The position numbers and the translations under genes are program-made. Below are positions 1-14,607 of a DNA stretch of 64,000 nt, one piece after another. Source of the DNA: Eledone cirrhosa (lineage: Eukaryota); assembly GCA_964016885.1 (NCBI GenBank), contig OZ024741.1:295802001-295866000 (forward strand). Direction: 5' to 3'. The number at the start of each line of letters is the position of its first letter. Positions within the stretch are counted from its first letter, which is position 1. The notes under the pieces were generated by a model that was not told where the DNA came from, did not search any database, and saw only the letters and a program-made list of their open reading frames with translations.

Positions 1-1279
1 CGTGCTCGAGAGACGCGGAAGGCCGTCGAGGTAAGTCCATTGCCCCATTCGACGCACCACCACTCTGCCCGAACAGTTGCGCAAAGTGCCGCTGAAAGGC
101 CACGCACATCCGCTTGGGGTCAAGTAGCACGCGTCCGTTTTGGTCTTTCAAAGACCGAATCGTGGACTTGTTGCCACTTTTCGCCTCTGCCACTCGGGCC
201 CAGTTAACAGCTTTCGCTCCCTCGTTTCCTAGAGCACGTGATTTATTTCTGAACACGCAGCCTTCGTGTTTCGCGTCGAAGAACTGGTCCAGTGCCGTTC
301 TCGTTGCTAGCACTCTAGCTACGTTGCCTCTCGTAAGTGCCTCCCCTACCTTGGCTACTAGTTCCGTTTCTGTGCTGGTTCTCTCTAAGGCTAACTCTCT
401 GCTAGTCTATCGACTCTACTCTTATTGCTTTTTTGAGGGAGTACCACCATCTGTTGTTGACGATGGCTCCCGTCAATTGTTGCTTAACTAATCTACTCAT
501 CCGTTCACTGTAGGCTTTACATGTCGGTAGCGACACGTTCAGCTTCCAGTATCCCAGTCCTTATTTATGTATTCTATCACGGTTGACTATGCATATTAAT
601 AGTTTGTGGTCTGAATAGGCAACCATGTGCATTTGTGGACAGCTTAACATCTTCTCGTCTCTCTCTCTAATAAAGAACCTGTCTAAATACGATCTAGATG
701 TCTCACTGCGGTTTATCCACGTCCACTGTGGTGCAGTCGGGAAATCTAGTCGATACCTATCGGCCAGTTGGATTAAATTTTTTAGGTTGTTTCACACCCC
801 TCTACTAGGACATGATCCTATATAGTCCCATCTTGCGTCTAGGATGCCATTCCAGTCCCCCACTAAAAGCAAGGAGCGAGACGTTCCCAGAAAAGACTCT
901 AGACGCTTAAAGAAGTCTGGCCGCAATTGCCCAGTCGGGCATAAACGGCACCAGTCTGAAGGCTCCACCTCCAACACTGTTCACGTCTAGGACTACCAGT
1001 CTACCCTCTGGGTCCAAGTGTACTTGCTGTACTTCGACGTCCAGGTTTTTCCGAAACACGACAGTCACCCCCACCCCCTCCACCTCCTGGCTGACAGAGA
1101 GATGCGCAGATCTCAAAGTCATTGAAGATGGGGGTCAGCTGCTGCCTGTTGTGGATCCTGGACTCGATGATGGCTATCACATCCATACCGTGTGATCTAA
1201 GGTCGTTTAAAAGTTGGCCCTGTTTCCAGGGCATCCCTAGGCCACGCACATTCACGCTTCCAACTCGTAAATTAGTCAT
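1..1279 (-). pseudogene. LINE ORF2 N-terminal apurinic-like endonuclease, frameshifted
   Basis: Motifs spread across several frames with stops: MTNLRVGSVNVRGL, DVIAIIESR, DPEGRLVVLDV, LLVGDWN, SYLDR, SDH. Confidence 0.88.
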
Positions 1280-1352
1280 GTTGGTGGAGAAGAGTTGACG
1301 AAAAAGGATGAAAAGGTGCACTTACCTTTTCGTTTCCTGGAGATCGGGTTGT

Positions 1353-3322
1353 TCAGTCTCCATTTGGGTGCTGGTGGGGGTGTGGGGTGGGGAAACATTT
1401 TAACAGGATGCGGTTTATGGGTTTTTGACAAGGGTTGCCCACGTCCTGCGAAAATTTTGTTTTTAGTTCGCTATATGTTTCCATATAAACCCTTATTAGT
1501 TTAAGGTGTGGAGACGATTCTGCTTTAACGAAACTTTTTCCCGCCGTCTCCACCTTGGGGTTTTTGGAGATGACCTCCATCAAACTCTTGTTGTTTGTGT
1601 TGATGTATGCGTATTGTTGTTTGTGTTTTTGTTGTGTTGTTTTAGTTTGTTGTTCATCCGGGGGTTTTCTTTTTATGATGGCTGCTTGTGTTTGGGGTGG
1701 TGTTGGTGTTTGTTTTGTTGGGGGGGGGGGGGATTGTGGTGTTGTTTGTGTTGTTGTTTGTGTCGGTGGTTCTGTGTTGGTGTTGGTGATTGTTGTTTTT
1801 GTGGCTTTGTGGTGCCTTTTTTTTGTTTTTTGGATTTTCGAGGCTGTCCTTCATCTTCACTTGGAGATGAAGAAGTAGCCTCATCTGACGATGATTCGTC
1901 ATCAGGAGCTTGCGGTAGGGGTATATTGTATGGTGATGGTGTGTTTGTGGCAGTGTTGGATGGAGTGGGATGGGGTGGGACTGTATTCTTCGGGGTAGTT
2001 GTTTGTGGTTTTCCTGCTGTTGTTGGTTGAGTGGCTGTTTGTTTTGGTGCGTTTGCTTGTTTTGTGTGTTGTTGTTGTTGTTGTGGTGGTGGTGGTGGTT
2101 GTTTTGGTATTGGTGTTGGTAACAGTATTTTTTGGGGGGGGGGGTTTAAAATGTGTTTGTAAAGATGTGGTGTGCTGTTACATCGAAAGCAGTGTGGTTT
2201 CCTCCCTTCAACCGAAATGCTTATGTGCCTGTTGTTGTCCACCAGCACTTTTTCGGGTATTTTGGAGATTCTCTCCGGCCTCATTTGCACCAGAATCTCC
2301 AAATTTGTACCAGACCACGTGTGTCTGGTTGATTTCCTGATGGAGAGAATTGTGCCATGTCCCTCCTCTAAAAAAACTGCCAATATCCACCAAATATTAA
2401 TATTTGGTGGTATGTTTGCGATTTTGATTTTCTGAGTCCTTTTTCCCAGGTATGTAAGGAAACAGATTTTTTTTTCGACAGTATTGGTGTCACAGAGTAT
2501 CTTTGTGCGAGGGCCTCACTTTTGAGGAGTACGGAAATACTCCCGTACTGTTTGGCCCTCTACATAAAGTCAATGTTTGTCAATATCTCCTTCAAGGTTG
2601 CCTCAATTTCCCCTTGACTGAGGAATGCTGGTCGTTTTGTTTCATTTGAAACAGTTGTGAAGGTAACTGTCCTTCGAAGTGTTTCAAGGCGAATATCTGG
2701 GAGTGAGTTTATTTGAAACCCACCGTTTTCACCGAAAATGATAAACTCCTTTGCTTCAGAGAGCATCTGTCTCGCATTGGAGATATCGAGATCCTTGTAA
2801 TCTTCTTTGTTGATGACTGTTTGCGCAAAAGTATATTTTTGTGTTGTTATTGTTGTTGTTGTGGTTGTCGGTTTTTCCGTTTGTAGTTGTGTCAATCGTT
2901 TAATCTTCTGTTGTTTCTGGTGTCTGTTGTACACTGTGTGCTTCAATCTTATTTCTATTGTCCATATTGACTTCCATAGTGACGCCAATACATGCGGAGT
3001 TCGAGGTAACGTTGAAATCCATATTATTATTTGTGACTGTTTCTATAAAAAAAAAATGTTTGTGTTGTTGTTGTTGTGGTTGTCGGTTTTTCTGTTTGTA
3101 GTTGTGTCAATAGTTTTTTTCTGTTTGTAGTTGTGTCAATAGTTTTTTCTGTTGTTCACTGTGTGGTTCAATTTCGTTTGTGTTGTCTACTTCACTTTCG
3201 TTAAACAAAACTTTGTTGTCAACTACATTGATACAGGCAAAGTTCTTAGCAACGTTAAAGTCTAATTCTTCTTTTCTTTTTCCTTCCTCAACGTTCGCTA
3301 GCGTTTCTTGAACGCTAGCCAT
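1353..3322 (-). pseudogene. LINE ORF1 (gag-like) remnants
   Basis: Fragments 3107-3346, 2560-2988, 1673-2383 and 1353-1583. ISVEGRKPHCFRCNSTPH is a degenerate zinc knuckle, followed by a Pro/Thr/Ser low-complexity tail. Confidence 0.7.
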
Positions 3323-3677
3323 TGCTGATGGCAAAATATTAAACATTTTCTTAACAGTTTTTCAAATTAATTTCAAATTAAATTTTCGCCCGTTGGGGCG
3401 AAAAATAAGATTGCCACCCAGCTGACAATTCAACCTGGGGTTAATCTACAAAACAATGTGTTTTTTTAAACAAGAATTTCTGTTTTTTGTAAATAAATTG
3501 ACAGAAACTTACTAGCAAAATTGTGTGCGTCCAGCTATCAAGATAGATAGATAGATGGATATGTTTCTTTTATAAGTCTTTGTTATAAATACAGCGAACA
3601 GAATGAAGGTTTCATACACTGTTATGGAGTCAACATAATATTTATCATTAATAAAAGAAAAAAAGGAAAAAAAAACT

Positions 3678-4030
3678 ATCGACAAGATCCAGCCTCTGTC
3701 TCCAGTTGATCTGGCTGAATCTCCAAGCGAGGCCAGCCGACCTCATGGATGCTATCCATCCATCTTGCTCGGAGTCTACCCCTGGGTTTGCAAGACGGCT
3801 GGTTTTGCCTGTAAAATCTGTCCAGCGATTCTTTCGTGAGACATGCTAACCACATTTCCTTAGTACCGGAAGTGTGATCTCTTAATTCGGAGAAGTAGGA
3901 AGTAGCGGCTCGTCTATCAACCGAGATTATACTCGCTATTTCCAGATCGAGACTCCTTTAGTAGTTTTCCAGGTGATGAGAAACAAGCAAGAGAGAGGAC
4001 TTTTATAGTTGTGGCGGACCCAAGTCTTTA
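3678..4030 (-). mobile_element. Old RTE-clade LINE 3' fragment
   Basis: Minus strand reads LLLRIKRSHFRY.GNVVSMSHERIAGQILQAKP, a degenerate form of the RTE motif RxQLRWxGHVxRM. Confidence 0.6.
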
Positions 4031-4269
4031 TGTGTGTGTGTGTACATGAACCCATATATCTATCTCTGCACGTATAGATGCGGAAACAGAACACACATAC
4101 ACACCCATATATATAGATATATATAGCCCTCCCTGTCTGTTTCAAATTAGATACTGTTACGTTGATACAAATCACTTGACCATATGAAGTGCTTCACATT
4201 GTATACTTTCTGACAACTAACCAAGAATTCTTAATTCACATTTCCGGTTAACATTCTTACTCCCACGAT

Positions 4270-4305
<36 letters not shown>

Positions 4306-4596
4306 ATGTGTGTGCCTGCCTTAAAATATTGCTTCTCCGACTGTTTCACTTTCTTTTAGTTCCAAAATACCAATCTATTTAGTGAGACATCAATCATTAC
4401 TTCCTTTCTCAAATAAATTGTTTCTCAGGAAATCTCAGAAGACGCTATCTTCTGTCCGCTTTGTTAATTTGAATTACAGCTGACTTAGCGCCGCCATTTT
4501 AACTTTCTCAAATGCTTCGCTTTTTATTTTACTTTTTACTTATTTTCTAATTTTCTTCTCAATGTATATATGTATGTATGTGTGTATATATATATA

Positions 4597-4823
4597 GACG
4601 ATCACATATACCAACATATCTTAAGAACTTTCGATTACAGTGTCAGGTTCGATCTGTAATGGATCTTGCTTCGAGCTGATTGATAGAGAAACATATGTAA
4701 TATGTTGATAAATATATGATGCAACACTCAATCCTCGTTCTTTATAATATTATACTCGGCTCTGCGCGAGCATCGAGTGCTCAACCGCCAAACCGCCTAC
4801 TGACGTATTTACCTTGCAACCTT

Positions 4824-4829
<6 letters not shown>
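4597..4829 (+). mobile_element. PLE-type 3' terminal fragment between (TA)n tracts
   Basis: Contains GAAACATATGTA (hammerhead 3' half with palindromic stem III) and the ACTCG..CGAGTGCT hairpin at ~4754-4781. Resembles 17320-17471. Confidence 0.5.
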
Positions 4830-4850
<21 letters not shown>

Positions 4851-4854
<4 letters not shown>

Positions 4855-5307
4855 TATGTATACGTACATACATATATGTATAGAGACGTAGAGTAGTATG
4901 TATATACATACATACATGCACACATATATATGTGTACGTATGGGTTTACCGAACATTTATTATAATGTTCGGTTTGTTTGTAAACAAACAGCCCGAATTA
5001 TTAGCCGTACAGTGTTCGGCAACCATCGTTGCCATTTTGTTCAACACTGACAAAGGAACGATGAACTAGTTTCTAGCTTATTAGCTGTCATCAGCACCGT
5101 ATACTTTCCTGTCAGATGATTGAACGTTTGAAAGTATATACTTTCCCTATGCATATTAACGGGCTGTTTGTTTACAAACAAACCGAGCATTATAATAAAT
5201 TTTCGGTAAATCCATACGTACATATATATATATGTGCGCATGTATGTATGTATATACATACTACTCTACGTCTGTATACATATATGTATGTACGTATACA
5301 TACTTAT
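4851..5307. repeat. MITE-like inverted repeat, ~145-bp arms
   Basis: 4851-4994 is the reverse complement of 5160-5307 with a few mismatches. The spacer is ~165 bp and the flanks are TA. Confidence 0.75.
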
Positions 5308-5366
5308 ATTTAAGTATCAGCCGTACTAAGAGTGAGAAATTAAGTTTCCTTTTTTCCATTTATATA

Positions 5367-6153
<787 letters not shown>

Positions 6154-6250
6154 CATATATATACATACATTCATACATACATACATACATACATACATAC
6201 ATACATACATACATACATACATACATACATACATACATACATACATACAT

Positions 6251-6796
6251 GGTGGCTGCCAACTCGTTTTCGAGTACGGCCACTACTTTATATCCATGTA
6301 GGAGAACCCCTACCGATGCGCTGAACGAGTGTGACTTTTTAGTCCAGCCAGCGACTTGAAAACTCTGGTACAAACACTACACTTGTGACAATTATTGACA
6401 CATAGTGCTTTACCTTTGGAACCATGTGACGACAAGTGCAGAGAGATCTCCAGATACAAAGCAATGCCTGTGCCGTGAAGCTTTTATAGTGAGCAATTGA
6501 GCGTTGGCGACTAAACTGGCAACCCCACCAAGGTTTCTTGGTGAGGAGGGTGACTTTGGACATCCTGCAGGACTATAAAACAAAACCTGTCAAAGGGCAA
6601 AGGAGCTCTTAAGAGTCAATGGCCATCCAAAATCACTGGGAGAGATGACCCCTTAGCCTTTGTCAAGGCAGAATTCTAGGAGAAGGAAAACTCTGATATA
6701 ACACCTGCAACCCTGATGGTATCCAATGATGTTGACTTGTTCTTCTTTTTGGTAAATATCATCTTGGTTAAGAGAGTGGGACTGGCTTTGTGCAGT
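6251..6796 (-). mobile_element. Same RTE derivative with its 5' module inverted
   Basis: 6251-6497 is the 3' module on the minus strand. 6502-6796 is the reverse complement of ~5799-6090. Confidence 0.85.
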
Positions 6797-7150
6797 ACAT
6801 ACATACATACATACATACATACATACATACATACATACATACATACATACATACATAAAAATACGTACGACAATACAGTGAACGAGACCAGAGGTGTTGA
6901 GTGTGAGCGTCGGCCATATTCTGTCGTCTGCTCAGTACATTGAATACTAAACTAATGAAGATAAGTCTGTATTTTATGACATGGATAAATCTTGTAGGAA
7001 GTTGATTAAATTATATTTATAATAAGACTAGTAATGTGTTTTACTTTCTTTCATATTTCGACATGGTAAAGTAGTGTGTGTAGATATGTGTGTGTGTAAG
7101 GACGACAGAGGGAAAGAAGAGAGAGAGAGAGAGTAAGTGTATGAGTGATA

Positions 7151-7936
<786 letters not shown>

Positions 7937-8029
7937 CATATATATACATACATTCATACATACATACATACATACATACATACATACATACATACATACA
8001 TACATACATACATACATACATACATACAT

Positions 8030-8575
8030 GGTGGCTGCCAACTCGTTTTCGAGTACGGCCACTACTTTATATCCATGTAGGAGAACCCCTACCGATGCGC
8101 TGAACGAGTGTGACTTTTTAGTCCAGCCAGCGACTTGAAAACTCTGGTACAAACACTACACTTGTGACAATTATTGACACATAGTGCTTTACCTTTGGAA
8201 CCATGTGACGACAAGTGCAGAGAGATCTCCAGATACAAAGCAATGCCTGTGCCGTGAAGCTTTTATAGTGAGCAATTGAGCGTTGGCGACTAAACTGGCA
8301 ACCCCACCAAGGTTTCTTGGTGAGGAGGGTGACTTTGGACATCCTGCAGGACTATAAAACAAAACCTGTCAAAGGGCAAAGGAGCTCTTAAGAGTCAATG
8401 GCCATCCAAAATCACTGGGAGAGATGACCCCTTAGCCTTTGTCAAGGCAGAATTCTAGGAGAAGGAAAACTCTGATATAACACCTGCAACCCTGATGGTA
8501 TCCAATGATGTTGACTTGTTCTTCTTTTTGGTAAATATCATCTTGGTTAAGAGAGTGGGACTGGCTTTGTGCAGT
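8030..8575 (-). mobile_element. 5'-inverted RTE derivative (duplicate of 6251-6796)
   Basis: Near-identical to 6251-6796. Confidence 0.85.
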
Positions 8576-8935
8576 ACATACATACATACATACATACATA
8601 CATACATACATACATACATACATACATACATACATACATAAAAATACGTACGACAATACAGTGAACGAGACCAGAGGTGTTGAGTGTGAGCGTCGGCCAT
8701 ATTCTGTCGTCTGCTCAGTACATTGAATACTAAACTAATGAAGATAAGTCTGTATTTTATGACATGGATAAATCTTGTAGGAAGTTGATTAAATTATATT
8801 TATAATAAGACTAGTAATGTGTTTTACTTTCTTTCATATTTCGACATGGTAAAGTAGTGTGTGTAGATATGTGTGTGTGTAAGGACGACAGAGGGAAAGA
8901 AGAGAGAGAGAGAGAGAGTAAGTGTATGAGTGATA

Positions 8936-9055
<120 letters not shown>

Positions 9056-9189
9056 GCGCGCACATATATGTTTCGGACCATGCCAAAATCAACATACTGA
9101 TTGCGGATTTGGTACGGGAGATGAGAAACGTGTCCCGCATGTGAAACCCCGAAGAACTAGAGAGACACATACAACACTTCATCCACCGT

Positions 9190-9924
9190 ATGCAGTTCTC
9201 TGGTTACAATCAGAGAGATAAAATCAGAGTGTATAAAGGAGCCAGAACCAAATGGGAAAAAATGGTAAATAATGACACAAATGGGAGCTGCCCCTTGTAT
9301 AGGAGCAAATTTTGGAATGGAATAGAAAGAACTAGGAATAAGGCTAATAGAGTAAACTCATGGTATGATAGCAATAAATACCAGAGTGTAATGTTCATCG
9401 ATACAACCCCTAGAGGTGAATTAGCTTACAAATTTAGAAGGGCCCTAGATAAACATAAACTCAATATTAAGATAGTAGAAAGACTAGGTACCTCCGTAAA
9501 AACACTTATTAGCAAGACATACCCTTTTCAAAGACCCCCTTGTATAGATAAGAAATGTATAACCTGTAAATTAAGCCCCCATATTAACTGTAAAACTAGA
9601 AATGTAGTATATAGCATAAGATGTACTGAAGGACAATGTAGAGACAAAAATATAGTGAACATAGGTGAGACAGCTCGTAGTGTAGGGGAACGGATAAATA
9701 AACACTGGCGAGACCTTCAAGATAGTAAAGAATCATCTGTACTCTACCAACATGCTAAAATAGAACATAAGGGTAAATTAGAGAACATAGAAATAAAAAT
9801 AGAATCTACACACAGAAAAGACGCAATGTTTAGACAAATCACAGAGGCAATAAACATAAAAGAATTACAACCAAAATTAAATAGAATACATGAGTGGAAC
9901 AGCAACATCACAACTTACAATTAA
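9190..9924 (+). pseudogene. PLE ORF C-terminal part with GIY-YIG endonuclease
   Basis: 244-aa ORF with VVY..IGET..R..H and RQITEAINI...LN. The same frame continues upstream past one TGA (9142-9144). Confidence 0.85.
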
Positions 9925-10124
9925 GGACAAAATGAAAACACACACGCACATAGAACAAACAACCAGCCTGTAACATGTAAATAAACAAATAAATAAACGA
10001 ATATAAACACACACAGACACCCGGATGTGGCGCATGCGCAGACTGAGTACACAACACGCACACAGAAACAAAATGGCGTAGGACAGAACAAAGGAGAGGC
10101 ACAAAAACAAAGAAAAGAATCCCC

Positions 10125-10168
10125 AGTCACTGAAGAGGTCACAGAATGTGTGACGAAAGAACTTTGAC
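10125..10168 (+). ncRNA. Minimal type I hammerhead ribozyme motif
   Basis: GTCA-CTGAAGA-GGTCACA gaatg TGTGAC-GAAA-gaactt-TGAC gives the core, stem II and stem I pairing. Confidence 0.75.
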
Positions 10169-10270
10169 AATATATAAACAACCATCTGGTTGTGGAACCA
10201 ACCAACCAACCGGAAATTTATAAATTCCTAAATTTATAAATTTATTATAATAAAGACCCTCCCAAAGTAT

Positions 10271-10338
<68 letters not shown>

Positions 10339-10341
<3 letters not shown>

Positions 10342-10580
10342 CAAAGGGATATTTAATTTGTTGGTAATTCAAAAAATATATATATTATAACTGATTCGAA
10401 GCACTCGACAAGTTTTCTGGAGTATAATATCAATGATATTAATAAATGGAAACTATATTTATAGAACCATATTTATTCTATTATATATATTTCAAGGGTA
10501 CCAAAACTTTGGTACCCTTGAAATATATATAATATAATAGATATGGTTTTATAAATATAGTTTCCATTTATTAATATCAT

Positions 10581-10583
<3 letters not shown>
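10339..10583 (-). mobile_element. Fold-back PLE-terminus cassette (palindrome ~10430-10583 plus tail)
   Basis: Palindrome centred on GGGTACCAAAACTTTGGTACCC with (TA)n on both sides. Same family as 52386-52823. Confidence 0.8.
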
Positions 10584-10634
<51 letters not shown>

Positions 10635-10637
<3 letters not shown>

Positions 10638-13600
10638 AAAGTTTTATTTAAGATTGTTGGGTTACAACGAGTTAATATTTTATAACTGATATAAAAGCAC
10701 TCAACAGTTTCTGGAGTAGGTTTACGATATTAAACAAATGGAAACTATATTTATAAAACCATATTTATTTCGTTATATATATTTCTGGGATATCATATTA
10801 AAAATATGGTATGCCTTCCTCAGACAAAATACAATACATAAGCTGTTTTATAAATAATTAGTGACATACCTTGTAATAATGTAACTTCCATTTAAAAAGT
10901 TGATTTGGTAGTGAAACTGTTATGACAGTTATATAGAAAGAAAAACGAAGATGAGAAGAAGAAGATGAAGAGATGTATGTAAATAAAAAAAAATAAAAAA
11001 AATAAAAAAGAAGAAGATGAAGAGATGTATGTAAAGAAAAACAACGGAGCGAGATAGAGAGACAAGGAGATATGGGAGAGAGAAATACATTGAGGAGGTG
11101 AACAAATATAGTAGGCTGCTTTTGGACAGATGATCATCGTATATGTGAGAGGTTAAGGGAAGGGATACAGTTAAACTAGTGTATAGGAGAAAAAGAAAGA
11201 AAGATGATATATTTAAAATATATTAAAAATATATTATGTCTCATCCATTTGAATTATCAATTTTTATGAATTAGGTATTATAATGTAAATATCAGTATTC
11301 ATGAATGAGACACATATCCATAATGTGTGAAAAAATGACCACATGCTCAGTTTAAAAATGTTTAGGTCTATAAGCAAAATCTGAGATAAAACTTCAAACA
11401 TAAGTATATATGCATTCTCGTGAAAAAAAAGAGAAAAGAGAAGGTTATCTCAAATTCAAGTTGATAAATATAGACGCACATGTGAACCTACGTGATACGC
11501 TGCACAGATTCTTATATTTCATGAAAAACTTCAATGCGTTACAAAAGATTCCACCCCACATACATTTACATACATATATACATATATATAGACATAAAAT
11601 ATATAAGATATACATTAACATCTAAAATAACATTCCAGCCTCACTTGCATGATCATCGATCAAGCATAGAGTAGACAACAGATATCAATATTAAAATTAA
11701 AAACGCCAAGAATATCTTCGTCACTCCACAGAGTATCTAGGGACGCAAGAGAACATAGTATGCCACGCATATCGGTCACATAGAATCAGAATCAAAAGCA
11801 AAGAAAACCAAAATTGTTCACCAAGCCTTATTTAGCAGAAATCATTCAAAACTTATTCTACAAATGCTCTTATATTTATTATAGAAGTTTATCCAGCTTA
11901 AAAATGTATTCAAAAGATTGGGAACAACGCCAATTTTAGGGTAGTTTATTTAATCTCATTAATTATATATTCATGCAGAAAGGTTTAAAAAAAAAAAAAA
12001 AAAAAATTGAAGGAATCGAAAGATTTATCGCCAAGTTTCATAAATAGTCAAATACCTTAAGTAAATATACTACATTTTATACTACATTTTAAATTTATAT
12101 TTATATTTAAATGTTGAGTTCAATCTATGTCTGCAACAGCTGAATAAATTGGTTCGTAAATTAAGGGAATTTTTAGATTTTAGTATAAAGAATATCTCCT
12201 CCGCGCAGAGGTCACATGTCTCAGAAGAGGAATTAAAAGGAATCCCTTTTGAGACTATATTCCAAACCATCGAATATCCAACTTTATCATGCTTAAGTTG
12301 CCAGAGTAACCCTGACAGCGATGTTGAGGATTTTTTATTTGGATCCGTGAAAGAATTTTTGTGATTATTATAGCGAAGTTTAAATTCTGTCGAGGTGGAA
12401 CCAACATAATTAAAAGAATTTAAATCAGTTCTAACATTACAGTTGTATATTATATTTTTAACTAAGCAATTGTTATTTAGCGGACATTTAGATCTATCTC
12501 TACAGTTACAGTTTTTTAGTTGAATATTGTTTAGGCTATTTTCGGTATTTTGGCTAGGTTTTAGATTCCTATTATTTATTCTATTAATATTTTGTGCTAA
12601 ATTTTTGGTGGACGAGTACGTTAATTTTATAGTATGTCTATTAAAAATTGAGTGATACTTATGTGTTCTAGGGAAGCGTTTGTCAAGAGCATTAAAAAAT
12701 AGTTTAGCGATGTGGGTTTTAATGTTTAGTGAGAAAGGGGGGGCAAACCATATTATATTTCTAGTTCTATTTCTTTTCTGGTTTTTGAAATTATTGTAGT
12801 GCTTTCTATTATAGTTGTTAAAGTTGTTACTGTAATTAAAATTGTTGTTATTTTGGTTAGTTTGTCTATTATCGATGTACATAATTTTATCACTATATCC
12901 TGCTCTAGCTAAAGCTTCATTATAATACTGGGCTTTTTCGTCAAAAATATTTTTATTGGAAGAGATTCTAGAGATACGTTTTTGAACAGAGTTCACTATA
13001 GTATTTTTGACAGATCTGGGGTGATTGGAGCTAAAATTGACATAATTCAAGTTTTCATTTAACTTGTGAAATGGATAGTGAAGACATGTGTTGAGATTAA
13101 ATGTTACGTCTAGGAAATTGACTATTCTATGGTTATTCTCAATTTCTATTTTTAGATTAAGGTAATTAAAAAATTGTATAATTTGTTTTCTTTTCTTATT
13201 TAGTTCAGAGTTATTATTTTCAATAAGTAAAAGCATGTCATCTCTATATAAACCTCCGGTAACACCGGGTATTTTCCTATGCAGCGAATTAATTATAAAT
13301 AGGCCCACAAGGTCCGTTACCTGAGCTGAGCAGCTTACTATATTTTTTCACCTCCTCAATGTATTTCTCTCTCCCATATCTCCTTGTCTCTCTATCTCGC
13401 TCCGTTGTTTTTCTTTACATACATCTCTTCATCTTCTTCTTCTCATCTTCGTTTTTCTTTCTATATAACTATCATAACAGTTTCACTACCAAATCAACTT
13501 TTTAAAAGGAAGTTGCATTATTACAAGGTATGTCACTAATTATTTATAAAACAGCTTATGTATTGTATTTTGTCTGAGGAAGGCATACCATATTTTTAAT

Positions 13601-13671
13601 ATGATATCCCAGAAATATATATAACGAAATAAATATGGTTTTATAAATATAGTTTCCATTTGTTTAATATC
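10635..13671 (-). mobile_element. 5'-truncated Penelope-like element with inverted partial pLTR at its 5' side
   Basis: ORF 12082-13308. 13345-13671 is the reverse complement of ~10727-11105. Hammerhead-like CTGAGGA..GAAA at 13574-13615. Confidence 0.88.
12082..13308 (-). pseudogene. PLE RT C-terminal half plus GIY-YIG endonuclease (Hydra-clade-like)
   Basis: GLYRDD, VNFLDVTFNL, SNHP, IIWFAPPF, CNCRDRSKC, IIY..YVGST..FKLRYNNH, CDLC and CRH. The N-terminus is missing. Confidence 0.88.
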
Positions 13672-13679
13672 TAATCTGA

Positions 13680-13899
13680 TTAGAGCAAACATCATGGGCG
13701 CTCTATCTCAAAATTATTTTTGAAAAGCATTAGAAATGCGCAACCGGTAAAACTTAAAACCAAAACTGAATACTAACCAATACTATTACTAAATTTTACT
13801 TATTCTTAATTAAATTATTTTTCACTGGGAACAATTTGTCAGCATTTTCTTTTCCTTTTTCCAATATATCATAACTCGTGTGTTACACCTCTATTCTTT

Positions 13900-13900
<1 letters not shown>
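13680..13900. repeat. ~220-bp dispersed repeat, copy 1
   Basis: Nearly identical to 17994-18215; ends in (TA)n. Confidence 0.85.
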
Positions 13901-13994
<94 letters not shown>

Positions 13995-13998
<4 letters not shown>

Positions 13999-14241
13999 AT
14001 GATATTAATAAATGGAAACTATATTTATAAAACCATATTTATACTATTATATATATTTCAAGGGTACCAAAGTTTTGGTACCCTTCAAATATATATAATA
14101 GAATAAATATGGTTCTATAAATATAGTTTCCATTTATTAATATCATTGATATTATACTCCAGAAAACTTGTCGAGTGCTTCGAATCAGTTATAATATATA
14201 TATTTTTTGAATTACCAACAAATTAGATATCCCTTTGCTTA
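13995..14241 (+). mobile_element. Fold-back PLE-terminus cassette; inverted copy of 10339-10583
   Basis: Reverse complement of 10339-10583 with the same centre and endpoints; (TA)n flanks. Confidence 0.85.
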
Positions 14242-14260
14242 TATATATATATATATATAT

Positions 14261-14607
14261 AAGGGTTAAAATACTGGAGTGTGTTAGAGTTAAACACGCT
14301 CTTCGTATTATAGAAATGACAGTAAAAGGCATAGCTCAATGTAGTTAAACAGAGCCGAAAATTTAAGAGAGTAAAACAAAGAAGCCTTCAATACATCAAC
14401 AGTCTTTATTAGCCGACAATGTTTCGTCCTATTAAGGACTCATCAGGGCAATTAAAACAACAAGAAGTAATATCGGCAGATACCAGCCGCCCTGTATCTG
14501 CCGATATTACTTCTTGTTATTTTAATTGCCCTGATGAGTCCTTAATAGGACGAAACATTGTCGGCTAATAAAGACTGATGTATTGAAGGCTTCTTTGTTT
14601 TACTCTC

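Larger units (their letters stand above)
1..3536 (-). mobile_element. Decayed L1/Tx1-type LINE (ORF1 plus start of ORF2); runs off the left edge
   Basis: ORF1-like and APE-like fragments lie in order on the minus strand. The 5' end abuts a (GATA)n tract at ~3540. Confidence 0.85.
9066..10275 (+). mobile_element. 5'-truncated Penelope-like element (RT thumb, GIY-YIG, 3' pLTR with hammerhead)
   Basis: RMQFSGY, CxxxxCxxC linker and NVVYSIRC..IGETARSVGERINKH. It sits between (CA)n and (TA)n. Confidence 0.88.
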
